Positions 13,924 through 27,650 of a stretch of 64,000 bases of DNA are shown here, piece after piece. The notes under the pieces were generated by a model that saw only the letters and a program-made list of their open reading frames with translations, had not been told where the DNA came from and made no database searches. How positions within the stretch are numbered: the first letter of the stretch is position 1; each line of letters starts with the position of its first letter. The position numbers and the translations under genes were made by a program. The DNA comes from Macrostomum lignano. Its lineage: Eukaryota. The stretch covers positions 346,760 through 410,759 of the forward strand of contig NIVC01000639.1 of assembly GCA_002269645.1 (NCBI GenBank), in the 5' to 3' direction.

Positions 13924-13950
13924 GTCTATCTGTCTGTCTGTCTGTCTTTC
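13800..13950. repeat. (TGTC)n microsatellite
   Basis: Direct reading. Confidence 0.9.
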
Positions 13951-14654
13951 TGTCGCAGCCCTCGCTGCATAAGAAAAAGATAAGCAAACCGACGCCCCTC
14001 TTGATTGCCGGCAGGGAAGAGGAGGGCTGCAAAAAGCCTTCACCGTAGGGTACCAGCTTTTTCCTGAATGGGATTCTCGCCAGGCAGCCCGAATCCCAAA
14101 TATTATTAAAAACTCGCCCTCTACGCTGCAAGAGTGTCGGGCGAGGCGAGGCAGCAGCCTCCCTTCACCAGCATCCCAGACTTCTCCATCATCGCCCAGC
14201 TGCCAGCTTCATCTTCTGTCTCCTGCGCCGCTCTGCTTGGCCGAAGCAGCAAAAGCAGCAGCACCTGCCAGCGAGCCGCGGGCAGCCACTTTAGCGGCCC
14301 ACCCGGTCCCGCCTCCCCCCCCCCCCTGACCAACTTGAATGACAGATATGATCAACTGTGTTTGTCAGGTGGCCCGCGGAACTGGCAGCAGCAGCAGAGC
14401 CGGGAAAAGCCATTTCTATTCTGGCCGGATGAAAGAGGCAGAATTCTTTTTTCTCTACATTTTAGTTGCCATGCGAACTGACCCTCCCGACCCCTGGGCC
14501 TCATTGTCTGCCGCGAAACAGACCCTCCCCAGGGGAGGCGGGCGGGTGGCCCAGCAGATCTGCTAAGATCGCCTCCCGCCGGCTGTCCATCTTTCAGTCT
14601 CGCCGTTTCGGCCTCCCTTTTCACCGTGCAGCTTTCAGGGGCGGCTGATCATCG

Positions 14655-15095
14655 GGTGGGTCATGAGGTGGGTCATGGGGTGGGTCATGGAGTGGGTCAT
14701 GGGGTGGGTCATGGGGTGGGTCATGGGGTGGGTCATGGGGTGGGTCATGGGGTGGGTCATGGGGTGGGTCATGGGGTGGGTCATGGGGTGGGTCATGGGG
14801 TGGGTCATGGGTGGGTCATGGGGTGGGTCATGGGGTGGGTCATGGGGTGGGTCATGGGGTGGGTCATGTGGTGGGTCATGGGGTGGGTCATGGGGTGGGT
14901 CATCGGATGGGTCATGGGATGGGTCATGGGTAGGTCATGGGTTGGGTCATGGGGTGGGTCACCGGTAAATCATGGGGTGGGTCATCGGGTGGATCATTGG
15001 GTGGGTCATCGGGTGGGTCATCGGGTGGGCCATCGGGTGGGTCATGGGGTGGGTCATCGGGTGGGTCATCAGATGGGTCATCGGGTAGATCATTG
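14655..15095. repeat. Minisatellite, 12 bp unit GGTGGGTCATGG
   Basis: Direct tandem copies. Confidence 0.95.
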
Positions 15096-15099
15096 GGAG

Positions 15100-16150
15100 A
15101 CAGACTGAGAGTCTGGCTGAGAGACAGGATAGGGGAGAGTCCGGGTGAGAGAAAGGATGGGGGAGAGTCCGGGTGAGAGAAAGGATGGGGGAGAGTCCGG
15201 GTGAGAGAAAGGATGGGGAGAGTCCGGGTGAGAGAAAGGATGGGGGAGAGTCTGACTGAGAGACAGGATGGGGAGAGTCTGGCTGAGAGACAGGATGGGG
15301 GAGAGTCTGGCTGAGAGACAGGATGGGGGGGAGTCTGGCTGAGAGACAGGATAGGGGAGAGTCTGGCTGAGAGACAGGATGGGGGAGAGTCTGGCTGAGA
15401 GACAGGATGGGGAGAGTCTGGCTGAGAGACAGGATGGGGGAGAGTCCGGGTGAGAGAAAGGATGGGGGAGAGTCCGGGTGAGAGAAAGGATGGGGAGAGT
15501 CCGGGTGAGAGAAAGGATGGGGGGAGAGTCTGGCTTAGAGAAAGGATGGGGAGAGTCCGGGTGAGAGAAAGGATGGGGGGAGAGTCTGGCTGAGAGACAG
15601 GATGGGGGGAGTCTGGCTGAGAGACAGGATGGGGGGAGTCTGGCTGAGAGACAGGATGGGGAGAGTCTGGCTGAGAGACAGGATAGGGGAGAGTCTGGCT
15701 GAGAGACAGGATGGGGGAGAGTCTGGCTGAGAGACAGGATAGGGGAGAGTCTGGCTGAGAGACAGGATGGGGAGAGTCTGGCTGAGAGACAGGATGGGGG
15801 AGAGTCTGGCTGAGAGACAGGATGGGGGAGAGTCTGGCTGAGAGACAGGATGGGGAGAGTCTGGCTGAGAGACAGGATGGGGAGAGTCTGGCTGAGAGAC
15901 AGGATGGGAGAGTCTGGCTGAGAGACAGGATGGGGGAGAGTCTGGCTGAGAGACAGGATGGGGAGAGTCTGGCTGAGAGACAGGATGGGGGAGAGTCTGG
16001 CTGAGAGACAGGATGGGGGAGAGTCTGGCTGAGAGACAGGATAGGGGAGAGTCTGGCTGAGAGACAGGATGGGGGAGAGTCTGGCTGAGAGACAGGATGG
16101 GGGAGAGTCTGGCTGAGAGACAGGATGGGGAGAGTCTGGCTGAGAGACAG
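15100..16150. repeat. Minisatellite, ~26-27 bp unit GGGGAGAGTCTGGCTGAGAGACAGGAT
   Basis: Direct tandem copies with two variant types. Confidence 0.95.
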
Positions 16151-16989
16151 GGTGAGAGTCTCACTGTGACAGTGAAGTGGAGCCACTGTTTAATAAAATG
16201 AACTGACTCTCATTCCCATTAAGCCATAAAACGCAGCCCGCGCAGCCCAGGCAGAAGCGGGAAATGGGGATCGCGTCCCCGATCCGGGTCATATTTTTCA
16301 CACGGAGGCGGCAGAGATTGTCGCCAAGGGAGCCGGCATGAAATCGTCGTCAACTTCTGTGGAATTTTTGCGTTTCGAATTTAAACCCCCTTGGGGAGGT
16401 GGCGAAGGCTGAAGTGCTCGCAGCCTCTCCCGAATCCTCTGACGTGGGTGCGCGGCGGCTGTTATTGCGACCCGGGAATTCCGGATCCCCCCAGCCGCTG
16501 CCCGCCTTTGTCTCTCTGCGCGCGGCAGCTGGAAACTTTTCATTGCTCCCGCGGAGGGCGGCTCGAAAGCGGACCTCCTTCCCAACAGGCTTGGCGGCTA
16601 AAATCCTCCACAGCCAGCCATGCAGCTTCATCGAGCGGGAAACTCAACTTCTTTGAAGCCGCCTCTTCGTGAGCGAGAGAGCTGCTCCTTTGACCGCAGG
16701 CGAGTCCGCTGGGGATGAGAGAAGTCGCCGCTCTCAAAGTGTTTTTTGGCCCGAGCGCGAGATGCTGGCTCGAGAAGGTCGGGCTGGAGAGGTCGCGGGG
16801 GTCGCCGTGGCAGACGGGGTCCGAACAAAGGAGACACGGTAGAGAGGCCGAGAGAGCAAAAAGGCCAAGTGTGGAACAGACAAAGGAGAGGATTAGCCCA
16901 TTTGGCCGGCTTAATTAGTGCGCGGGGAAAATCCTGGTCGCGACTCCGCAGCGAATTCGATTCAGCTACTTTCAGTAGGAGCTGCCGGG

Positions 16990-17820
16990 TTTTGACAGAG
17001 TTTTAGCTGAGTGGATGGCAGCTGATCGGGTTTTGACTGAGTTTTAGCTGAGTGGATGGCAGCTGATCGGGTTTTGACTGAGTTTTAGCTGAGTGGATGG
17101 CAGCTGATCGGGTTTTGACTGAGTTTTAGCTGAGTGGATAACAGCTGATCGGGTTTTGACTGAGTTTTAGCTGAGTGGATGGCAGCTGATCGGGTTTTGA
17201 CTGAGTTTTAGCTGAGTGGATGGCAGCTGATCGGGTTTTGACTGAGTTTTAGCTGAGTGGATAACAGCTGATCGGGTTTTGACTGAGTTTTAGCTGAGTG
17301 GACGGCAGCTGATCGGGTTTTGACTGAGTTTTAGCTGAGTGGATAACAGCTGATCGGGTTTTGACTGAGTTTTAGCTGAGTGGACGGCAGCTGGTCGGGT
17401 TTTGACTGAGTTTTAGCTGAGTGGATAACAGCTGATCGGGTTTTGACTGAGTTTTAGCTGAGTGGACGGCAGCTGGTCGGGTTTTGACTGAGTTTTAGCT
17501 GAGTGGATGGCAGCTGATCGGGTTTTGACTGAGTTTTAGCTGAGTGGATGGCAGCTGATCGGGTTTTGACTGAGTTTTAGCTGAGTGGATGGCAGCTGAT
17601 CGGGTTTTGACTGAGTTTTAGCTGAGTGGACGGCAGCTGGTCGGGTTTTGACTGAGTTTTAGCTGAGTGGATGGCAGCTGGTCGGGTTTTGACTGAGTTT
17701 TAGCTGAGTGGATGGCAGCTGATCGGGTTTTGACTGAGTTTTAGCTGAGTGGATGGCAGCTGATCGGGTTTTGACTGAGTTTTAGCTGAGTGGATGGCAG
17801 CTGAGATCGGGTTTTGACTG
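16990..17820. repeat. Minisatellite, 41 bp unit GCAGCTGATCGGGTTTTGACTGAGTTTTAGCTGAGTGGATG
   Basis: 41 bp period (e.g. 17041, 17082). Confidence 0.95.
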
Positions 17821-18017
17821 AGCCCCAAATGAAATCCGCGCACGGAACTGAACCGTTAGGGGTCGGGCACCGAAAAACCACACTTGAAGCTTCACACAAT
17901 CCTCTGAAGTCCTGGCGGTGACAAAGAGTCACTTCAGTACAAAAATTAAAACCATTAATTTCTCGCTCGTTCGAACTCCGGCCTTCCAATGAACACTTTC
18001 TCCAACTGTCCGCACAG

Positions 18018-18517
18018 GCGAGCTGGTCCTGGCCGCGAAGCTGGACTTCGAGCGCCAGCAGCGCCACCACGCCACCGTCAGGGCCTTCGACCTCGGCGAC
18101 TCGCCGCTCAGCTCCACCGCGGTGGTCACCGTCCGCGTTCTAGACGAGAACGACAACGCGCCGCAATTCCTCAGCGACGTGTACAACGCCAGCCTGCCGG
18201 AAAACCGGGAGCCGGGGTACCGCCTGGACGTCAACCTGACCGCCACCGACGCGGACTCGGGCAACAACGGCCGGCTGGCGTACAGCATCGAGTCGGGCAA
18301 CTCGCAGCAGCTGTTCTCGCTGGACATGAGCACCGGCCGGCTGTTCGCCAGGAAGAAGGCCGACCGCGAGGCCAAGGACTTCTACCGGCTGACGGTGCTG
18401 GCCACGGACTACGGCAACCCGCCGATGACTGGTAGGGCCGAGGTTCGAATCCGCGTGCTCGATGAAAATGATTGCGAGCCGAAGTTTGACCAGGAGGAAT
18501 ACCGGTTCGTGATGCAG
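18018..18517 (+). CDS. FAT1/2/3-like: Fat-like cadherin exon (about two cadherin repeats)
   Basis: cgcacAG acceptor, CAG|gtgagt donor. Translates ELVLAAKLDFE...DENDNAPQF...DADSGNNG...ADRE...DENDCEPKFDQEEYRFVMQ. Confidence 0.95.
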
Positions 18518-18559
18518 GTGAGTGGGCTGAAGCAGTCTCTATGTAGCCCCTACGCAGCA

Positions 18560-20610
18560 CAACCTATGTAACACATCCTATGTAACACATCCTATACAAC
18601 ACATCCTATGCAACACATCCTATACAACACATCCTATGCAACACATCCTATGCAACACATCCTATACAACACATCCTATGCAACACATCCTATACAACAC
18701 ATCCTATGCAGTACATCCTATGCAACACATCCTATGCAACACATCCTATGCAACACATCCTATGCAACACATCCTATGCAGCACATCCTATGCAACACAT
18801 CCTATGCAACACATCCTATGCAACACATTCTATTCAACACATCCTATGCAGCACATCCTATGCAACACATCCTATGCAACACATCCTATACAACACATTC
18901 TATTCAACACATCCTATGCAACACATCCTATGCAACACATCCTATGCAGTACATCCTATGCAACACATCCTATGCAACACATCCTATGCAACACATCCTA
19001 TGCAACACATCCTATGCAGCACATCCTATGCAACACATCCTATGCAACACATCCTATGCAACTCATTCTATTCAACACATCCTATTCAACACATCCTATG
19101 CAACACATCCTATGCAACACATCCTATTCAACACATCCTATGCAACGCATCCAGTGCAGCACATCCTATGCAACACATCCTATGCAACACATCCTATGCA
19201 ACACATCCTATGCAACACATCCTATACAACACATCCTATGCAACACATCCTATACAACACATCCTATGCAACACATCCTATGCAACACATCCTATGCAAC
19301 ACATCCTATGCAACACATCCTATGCAACACATCCTATGCAACGTATCCAGTGCAGCACATCCTATGCAACACATCCTATGCAACACATCCTATGCAACGC
19401 ATCCAGTGCAGCACATCCTATGCAACACATCCTATGCAACACATCCTATGCAACGCATCCTATGCAACACATCCTATGCAACACATCCTTTGCAACGCAT
19501 CCTATGCAACACATCCTATGCAACACATCCTATGCAACACATCCTATGCAACACATCCTATGCAACACATCCTATACAACACATCCTATGCAACACATCC
19601 TATACAACACATCCTATGCAACACATCCTATGCAACACATCCTATGCAACACATCCTATGCAACACATCCTATGCAACACATCCTATGCAACACATCCTA
19701 TGCAACACATCCTATGCAACACATCCTATGCAACACATCCAGTGCAGCACATCCTATGCAACACATCCTATGCAACACATCCTATGCAACACATCCTATG
19801 CAACGCATCCAGTGCAGCACATCCTATGCAACACATCCTATGCAACACATCCTATGCAACGCATCCAGTGCAGCACATCCTATGCAACACATCCTATGCA
19901 ACACATCCTATGCAACGCATCCTATGCAACACATCCTATGCAACACATCCTATACAACACATCCTATGCAACACATCCTATGCAACACATCCTATGCAAC
20001 ACATCCTATACAACACATCCTATACAACACATCCTATGCAACGCATCCAGTGCAGCACATCCTATGCAACACATCCTATGCAACACATCCTATGCAACAC
20101 ATCCTATGCAACGCATCCAGTGCAGCACATCCTATGCAACACATCCTATGCAGCACATCCTATGCAACACATCCTATGCAACACATCCTATGCAACACAT
20201 CCTATGCAACACATCCTATGCAACACATCCTATGCAACACATCCTATGCAACGCATCCAGTGCAGCACATCCTATGCAACACATCCTATGCAGCACATCC
20301 TATGCAACACATCCTATGCAACACATCCTATGCAACACATCCTATGCAACACATCCTATGCAACACATCCTATACAACACATCCTATGCAACACATCCTA
20401 TGCAACACATCCTATGCAACACATCCTATGCAACACATCCTATGCAACACATCCTATGCAACACATCCTATGCAACACATCCTATGCAACACATCCTATG
20501 CAACACATCCTATGCAACACATCCTATGCAGCAACACATCCTATGCAACGCATCCAGCACATCCTATGCAACGCATCCAGTGCAGCACATCCTATGCAAC
20601 ACATCCTATT
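18560..20610. repeat. Minisatellite, 14 bp unit ATCCTATGCAACAC (~2 kb)
   Basis: Tandem copies. All three plus frames are open only because the unit lacks stops (ORFs 18608-20649 are artefacts). Confidence 0.97.
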
Positions 20611-21014
20611 TACATTAGAAATGTACGTATAACACATAGTCTGCCTTAGTTAGGGAGAAATGGGAACCTCTGGGTTGTCCCGGGCGGCCTCCTCGACCCC
20701 AGTTGACCTCAAGCCCGCCCCCAATCCAACCCGCAGATCGATGACAAAGGCAACGTTAGCCAGCAGCCGTACCTGGTGAGTCTGTAATTTACGACTTAGA
20801 AAGAGCACGGCTCAGTTTCTTATTCTGAGTCTCATAATTGGCCAATTATCTGTCCCTGTGCTGGAGAGGCACTGCTCCAGCTGACTCAGTTTGAGAGCAT
20901 CAGCCACTGGACAAGAAAAATCATGACTGGCTCAAACTGCTCTTAACTGAAGTTTGGTTAATGAAATAATTAATCGAGGCTACTGACACAAATTCAAACA
21001 GAACTGCAGCTATC

Positions 21015-22882
21015 TCATCCCATCTCATTCCATCTCACCCTTCTCATTCCATCTCACCCATCTCTCCCATCACATTCCAACTCATCCCATCTCATCCCAG
21101 CTCATCCCATCTCATCCCATCTCATTCCATCTCATCCCATCTCATCCCATCTCATCCCATCTCATTCCATCTCATTCCATCTCACCCATCTCATTCCAAC
21201 TCATCCCATCTCATCCCATCTCACCCCATCTCATCCCATCTCACCCCATCTTATCCCATCTGATCCCATCTCATTCCATCTCACCCCATCTCATCCCATC
21301 TCATCCCATCTCATTCCATCTCATCCCATCTCACCCCATCTCATCCCATCTCATCCCATCTCATTCCATCTCACCCCATCTCATTCCAACTCATCCCATC
21401 TCATCCCATCTCATTCCATCTCATCCCATCTCACCCCATCTCATCCCATCTCATCTCATCTTATCCCATCTCATCCCATCTCATTCCATATCACCCATCT
21501 CATTCCATCTCACCCATCTCACCCATCACATTCCAACTCATCCCATCTCATCCCAGCTCATCCCATCTCATCCCATCTCATTCCATCTCATCCCATCTCA
21601 TCCCATCTCATTCCATCTCATCCCATCTCATTCCATCTCACCCATCTCATTCCATCTCACCCATCTCACCCATCACATTCCAACTCATCCCATCACATTC
21701 CAACTCATCCCATCTCATCCCATCTCACCCATCTCATTCCATCTCATCCCATCTCATCCCATCTCATTCCATCTCATTCCATCTCATTCCATCTCACCCA
21801 TCTCATTCCAACTCATCCCATCTCATCCCATCTCACCCCATCTCATCCCATCTCACCCCATCTTATCCCATCTGATCCCATCTCATTCCATCTCACCCCA
21901 TCTCATCCCATCTCACCCCATCTCATCCCATCTCATCCCATCTCATTCCATCTCACCCCATCTCATCCCATCTCATTCCATCTCACCCCATCTCATTCCA
22001 TCTCATTCCATCTCACCCATCTCATTCCAACTCATCCCATCTCATCCCATCTCATTCCATCTCATCCCATCTCACCCCATCTCATCCCATCTCATCTCAT
22101 CTTATCCCATCTCATCCCATCTCATTCCATCTCACCCATCTCATTCCAACTCATCCCATCTCATCCCATCTCATCCCATCTCATCCCATCTCATCCCATC
22201 TCACCCCATCTCATCCCATCTCATCCCATCTCATTCCATCTCACCCCATCTGATTCCATCTCATCCCATCTCATCCCATCTCGCCCCATCTCATCCCATC
22301 TCATCCCATCTCATCCCATCTCATCCCATCTCATCCCATCTTATCCCATCTCACCCCATCTCATCCCATCTCATCCCATCTCATTCCATCTCACCCCATC
22401 TGATTCCATCTCATCCCATCTCATCCCATCTCGCCCCATCTCATCCCATCTCATCCCATCTCATTCCATCTCACCCCATCTCATTCCATCTCATCCCATC
22501 TCATCCTATCTCATCCCATCCTCTCATCCCACCTCATCTCATCTTATCCCATCTCATCCCATCTCATCCCATCTCATCCCATCTCATTCCATCTCTTCCA
22601 TCTCATTCCAACTCATCCCATCTCATCCCATCTCATCCCATCTCATTCCATCTCATCCCATCTCACCCCATCTCATCCCATCTCATCCCATCTCATTCCA
22701 TCTCACCCCATCTCATTCCATCTCATCCCATCTCATCCTATCTCATCCCATCCTCTCATCCCACCTCATCTCATCTTATCCCATCTCATCCCATTTCATC
22801 CTCTCTCATTGCATCTCATTGCATCTCACCCCATCTCATCTAATCTCATCTCATCCCACCCCATCTCTTCCTATCTCATCCC
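21015..22882. repeat. 10 bp unit (CCATCTCATC)n, ~1.9 kb
   Basis: Direct reading. Confidence 0.97.
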
Positions 22883-22913
22883 AACCAGAATCGTTACGCC
22901 GATGCCATTTCAG

Positions 22914-23123
22914 GAAACGGCAGGGTCGGACGGCGGGCCGGCAGCGGACGGCTCGGTCTTGCACGTCAGCGACTGCGACGCGCCGCCGAACGGCGGTCCG
23001 TTCTCCTGGTCGCTGGTGGACGGCGGTGGCCACGGCAAGTTTTTGGTGGACCAGCGTGGCCGACTTCGCGTGAACATCAACTTTGGCCACCTGGTGAAAG
23101 CCGAGGAGCAGATCATCGTCCAG
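22914..23123 (+). CDS. FAT1/2/3-like: Fat-like cadherin exon
   Basis: catttcAG acceptor, CAG|gtagga donor. Joining 18517 gives VMQ|ETAG...VLHVSDCDAPPNGGPFSW, matching the NGPPF-type late cadherin repeat of Fat proteins. Confidence 0.85.
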
Positions 23124-23237
23124 GTAGGAGCTGGCTGATTTAGTCAGATTTTAGTGAGCCATTCTGGAGCATTAGGGGTCAGGATGAGTCAATCAGGTTG
23201 ACGCTGGGTCACACTGAGGCACGCTGTCTCTCGCTAG

Positions 23238-23550
23238 GTCACACTGGGTCACACTGGGTCACACTGGGTCACACTGGGTCACACTGGGTCACACTGGGTC
23301 ACACTGGGTCACACTGGGTCACACTGGGTCACGCTGGGTCACATTGGGACTCACTGGGTCACACTGGGTCACACTGGGTCACACTGGGTCACACTGGGTC
23401 ACACTGGGTCACACTGGGTCACGCTGGGACACACTGGGTCACACAGGGTCACACTGGGTCACACTGGGTAACACTGGGTCACACTGGGTCACACAGGGTC
23501 ACACAGGATCACACTGGGTCAAACTGGGTCACACAGGGTCACATTGGATC
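23238..23550. repeat. 10 bp unit (ACTGGGTCAC)n
   Basis: Direct reading; intronic. Confidence 0.95.
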
Positions 23551-23588
23551 ACACTTAGTCACTTTCAACCCCGTCCACCCGTCCGCAG

Positions 23589-24715
23589 GCCTGCGACGGC
23601 GGCCAGCGCACTCTCTGTGGCCGGGCGAAACTGTTTGTGCGCACCGTCCGGGCGGACCAGCTGACGCCCAGCCTGCTGCCCAGCAACTTGACCGCGGTGC
23701 TCGCCTACCCGGCAGCCGGTGGGGAGAAGCTCGGCCGCCTGCGACTGCGGCACCCCAGCCCGAAGGACGCCCGGCTGCGGCTGCTCAGCCACTCGGATCT
23801 GTTCAGCCTGGCACCCAACGGGGAGTTGTCGGTTGCCATGGCGACCACCCCGCCAGACGGGCTGCACCGGGTTCGAGTGAGCGCCAGCAGCCGGGGCCTG
23901 GCCTCCGAGCAGGAGGTCCGGGTTCGAGTCACGCTGCTGACGGAGGCGATGGCGGAGTCGGCGGTGCCGCTGCAGCTGGGCGGCGGGAGCGCGCACGGCT
24001 TCTTCCTGGACAGGCGGGACGCGCAGCTGGCGGAGCAGCTGACGGCGCAGCTGCGGCTCGGCGCGGACGCTCGGGTGCTCCTGCTGGGTGTGCAGCGCGG
24101 CTCTGGGGGCGGCGAGCGGCAACGGCAGCTGATGGCGCTGTTGGCCGTCTACGAGGAGTCTCGGCGGGGCTTCCTGGACCCGGCGGAGGTGCGCAGCCGC
24201 CTGAACTCCTCGGAAGCCGTTCGCTCGCTGCTGCCCGAGGGCGGCGGGGGTTGCGGCTTGGCGGCGGAGGCTCGGCGGGACCGGCGGCTGCTGGTGGAGA
24301 CGGCCGGGATCACCTTCACGGCGCCGGAGTTCCGGCTGGTGCCGACATGCGGCACCGCTAAGTTGAAAGGCGCGCCGCCGTCTGGCGCCGTCTTCGGCTT
24401 CTTTCCGGGCGGCTCGGAGGGAGGCGAAGGCGCCGCCTGGGCGCTGGCGGAGCGGCAGCAGCTGCGCGGCCTGGAGCTGCGGCTGCGCACCCGACAGTCG
24501 CGGCCGGGGCGCCTCTTGCGGGTCTCCGGCTGCGGCGGCTGGCGGCTGGCGCTGCGGCTCCACGCTGACGGCGACGGCCGGCTCGAGGCCACGGCCGCGG
24601 TGTCCGGAGGCGGCGGCACCGAAGACCGCGACGGTCCGGAGCTGCTGCGGCTCGTCAGCCCGCGGCCGGTGAACGACGGAGCCTGGCACCGTGTGCTGCT
24701 GCGGCTGCACGACGG
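23589..24715 (+). CDS. FAT1/2/3-like: Fat-like cadherin exon: last cadherin repeat, non-chordate-type linker, start of laminin-G domain
   Basis: ccgcAG acceptor, GG|gtgagc donor. IIVQ|ACDGG continues the repeat; LELRLRT...VNDGAWHRV is a LamG signature. Confidence 0.9.
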
Positions 24716-24744
24716 GTGAGCGACGGCTGCCTCTCCATCTGTCC

Positions 24745-25160
24745 CTGTCCCCTCCCTTCCTGTCTCCTCCCTTCCTGTCTCCTCCCTTCCTGTCTCCTCC
24801 CTTCCTGTCTCCTCCCTTCCTATCCCCTCCCTTCCTGTCCCCTCCCTTCCTGTCTCCTCCCTTCCTGTCTCCTCCCTTCCTGTCTCCTCCCTTCCTGTCT
24901 TCTCCCTTCCTGTCTCCTCCCTTCCTGTCTCCTCCCTTCCTGTCTCCTCCCTTCCTGTCTCCTCCCTTCCTGTCTCCTCCCTTCCTGTCTCCTCCCTTCC
25001 TGTCTCCTCCCTTCCTGTCTCCTCCCTTCCTGTCTCCTCCCTTCCTGTCTCCTCCCTTCCTGTCTCCTCCCTTCCTGTCTCCTCCTTTCCTGTCTCCTCC
25101 CTTCTTGTCTCCTCCTTTCCTGTCTCCTCCCTTCCTGTCTCATCCCTTCCTGCACCCTCC
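24745..25160. repeat. 15 bp unit CTCCTCCCTTCCTGT
   Basis: Fills intron 24716-25216. Confidence 0.95.
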
Positions 25161-25216
25161 CGTCCCTCTCTTGTTTAGAAGTGTCAGTAGCAGACGAATT
25201 AATTGCATCCCCCCAG

Positions 25217-25912
25217 GTCTCCCTACTGGACCCTGGAGCTGCTGACGGACTCCATCGAGCCCCAGCTGGGCCAGCTACCGGCCCTACCAGCCTCCTCCCC
25301 TTCATCCTGGGACCGGGCCTCGACTCTGCGAGTCGAACTGGACCGATTTGTCGGCTGCCTCACCGACCTGCTGTCCTGGCCGGCGGCCACCCGACTGACG
25401 GCAGCGACGGCTGAGGCTGAGGCCGCGGCTCGGCGCGGCTGCCCGGAGGCCGAGCTGGCGGCGCACTGCGCGTCGACGCCGTGCCAGCACGAAGGCGTCT
25501 GCACGGAGGTCGGCGGTGGCGGCGGTGGCTTCCACTGCAGCTGCGAGCCGCCCTACGCCGGGCCGCGCTGCGAGCTGAACCTGCGGCCCTGCGACCACCG
25601 GCCCTGCCTGAACGGCGGCGCCTGCCGGGACTTCGGCGACGGGCGCGGCGGATTCGCCTGCGACTGCCCGGCTGGGGCGGCCGGACCGCGCTGCGAGCTG
25701 GTGGACCGCGGCGGCGGCGGAGCGGCGACCGCATCTTGTGGAGGTCGAGGCGCCTGCCAACACGGCGGCTGGTGCCTGGGCGGCCGCTGCCGCTGCGAGG
25801 GCACCGGCTATGCTGGGCCGCTGTGCGACCGCGACGTCGACGAGTGCCGACAGGCCGTCGGGCTGTGCGATGGCGGGCGCGGCGTCTGCGTCAACCTGCC
25901 GGGCGGGTTCAG
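25217..25912 (+). CDS. FAT1/2/3-like: Fat-like cadherin exon: end of LamG (FVGCL) plus EGF repeats
   Basis: cccccAG acceptor, AG|gtgggc donor. Three full EGF motifs (CASTPC..., CDHRPC..., CGGRGAC...) and the start of a Ca-binding EGF (DVDEC...CVNLPGGFR). Confidence 0.92.
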
Positions 25913-25924
25913 GTGGGCGGCAGG

Positions 25925-26033
25925 CGGATTTGGTAGAAGGCGGATTTGGTAGAGGGCGGATTTGGTAGAGGGCGGATTTCGTAGAGGGCGGATTTGGTAG
26001 AGGGCGGATTTGGTAGAGGGCGGATTTGGTAGA
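25925..26033. repeat. 16 bp unit GAGGGCGGATTTGGTA
   Basis: Fills the small intron 25913-26066. Confidence 0.9.
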
Positions 26034-26066
26034 GTTATTAGCAAATTCAAGCAACCCGGCCCCCAG

Positions 26067-26710
26067 GTGCGAGTGTCCATCGGGTTTCACCGGACCGGCC
26101 TGCGAGCGGCTGCCCGGCCAACCCGGAGCTGCCATCGACGGCGGCGCCTCGGCCTCTGAGCAGCCGCTGCTGCTGGGGCTGCGCTTCCACGAGCTGGCGG
26201 CGGTGCTGGGCTGCGTCTCCAGCCTGCTGCTGCTCGCGCTGGCCGTCTTCTGCCTCGTCTCCTGCTACGGCAAGCGCAGGCGCGGGCGGCGCAGGCGCGG
26301 TAATCATGGCAACGGGCGCGTCGCCAAGCAGCACTCGCCGGCCTCCATGTCGCCCACCAACGGAGGCGGCGGCGGCGGCGGCTGCCAGGACGACCCTGGC
26401 GAGGAGGCGATGGCGCTGATGCCGATGATGGCGCCGCCGATGATCAACGGCAGCTGCGGCGGCCAGGCGGCCTCGCTGACGTACGCCGGCTTCGAGACGC
26501 CGCTGCCGCCGCCGCTAACGCTGCTGTCAACGCCGACAGGCAGCTGCGCGGGCTGCGGGCCCTGCCGGTCCTGCTCAGGCTGCTCAGGCTGGGGCGGCGT
26601 CGGCCCCATGAGTCCGCAGAAGCCACCGCCGCTGCTCAGCTTCCCGCGCTCCTGCGGCGTCGGCGGTCTGGGCGGCCGCGGGTTCAGCGGCGAGCTGGTG
26701 GATGATCAGG
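26067..26710 (+). CDS. FAT1/2/3-like: Fat-like cadherin exon: end of EGF, transmembrane helix, proximal cytoplasmic tail (3' end may be any of 7 donors, 26710-26836)
   Basis: cccccAG acceptor. R|CECPSGFTGPACE, hydrophobic LAAVLGCVSSLLLLALAVFCLVSCY, then the basic stop-transfer KRRRGRRRR; ends DDQG|gtgagc. Confidence 0.88.
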
Positions 26711-26850
26711 GTGAGCTGGTGGATGATCAGGGTGAGCTGGTGGATGATCAGGGTGAGCTGGTGGATGATCAGGGTGAGTTGGTGAATGATCAGGGTGAGC
26801 TGGTGGATGATCAGGGTGAGTTGGTGGGTGATCAGGGTAAGCTGGTTGGT
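26695..26850 (+). repeat. 21 bp tandem repeat GTGGATGATCAGGGTGAGCTG, each unit carrying a splice donor
   Basis: CAGG|GT(G/A)AG at 26710, 26731, 26752, 26773, 26794, 26815, 26836. Confidence 0.95.
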
Positions 26851-26871
26851 GATGATCTCGTATGCACAAAC

Positions 26872-27000
26872 ACACAGTGACACACAGTGACACACAGTGA
26901 CACACAGTGACACACAGTGACACACAGTGACACACAGTGACACACAGTGACACACAGTGACACACAGTGACACACAGTGACACACAGTGACACACAGTGG
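26872..27000. repeat. 10 bp unit (GACACACAGT)n
   Basis: Direct reading. Confidence 0.95.
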
Positions 27001-27650
27001 CCTGACTGGTGCATTGTAAAGCGAACTTGATGGAGAACTTCCTGCGGGCAGCTGTGAAAGAGTTATTGTCAAAATTTCCTCATTCCAGGGAGCAGCTGCA
27101 CTAATAGAGGATCAGTTTATAATTTCCCAACTGGGAGATCAGGTTTGTGCTGATCGATTTGAGAGTCTGTTTGCTGTGGCTCATTAGCACTGCTTTTGCT
27201 GCCTAATTGAAAGTTAAGCAGACTTGGCCGCGGTTAGTACGCAGCTTGGGCTCCACCAGTTCATCCAGCTGCCGTAGAAATTCAGGCCTGAGAGTTGCGG
27301 CTTCCAAAACTCAAGCAGCGTAGAAGCCTACTGATGAGTAGCAAGAGAAGAATTTGAGGCCAATATGTTTACAGCTGCATCTCAGGCTCAGCGGTTCAGA
27401 CCAACTGATGAAGATTGCAGAGTCGGAAACTGGTCCTGGTCTCGAGTTCTAATCTCAAAAGTGCTCAAAAGTGCAGCGACTGTGCATTTGGTGTCAGGAC
27501 TACTTTAACTCAAAATATTGTCTCTTTTATAATAGCCTTGCTTTTGTCTGCTTTTAGTTTGCTGCTTGCAGAATCCGCCTAGAGTTGGAGTTTCTGCTTC
27601 TGAGCCCGCCCTGTTGTTCCTTGCCCAAGCTCTGATGAGTAGCCAGGGAC

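Noticed and set aside
18608-20649. Three overlapping 650-aa ORFs
   Set aside because: They are translations of a stop-free 14-bp tandem repeat inside a Fat intron.
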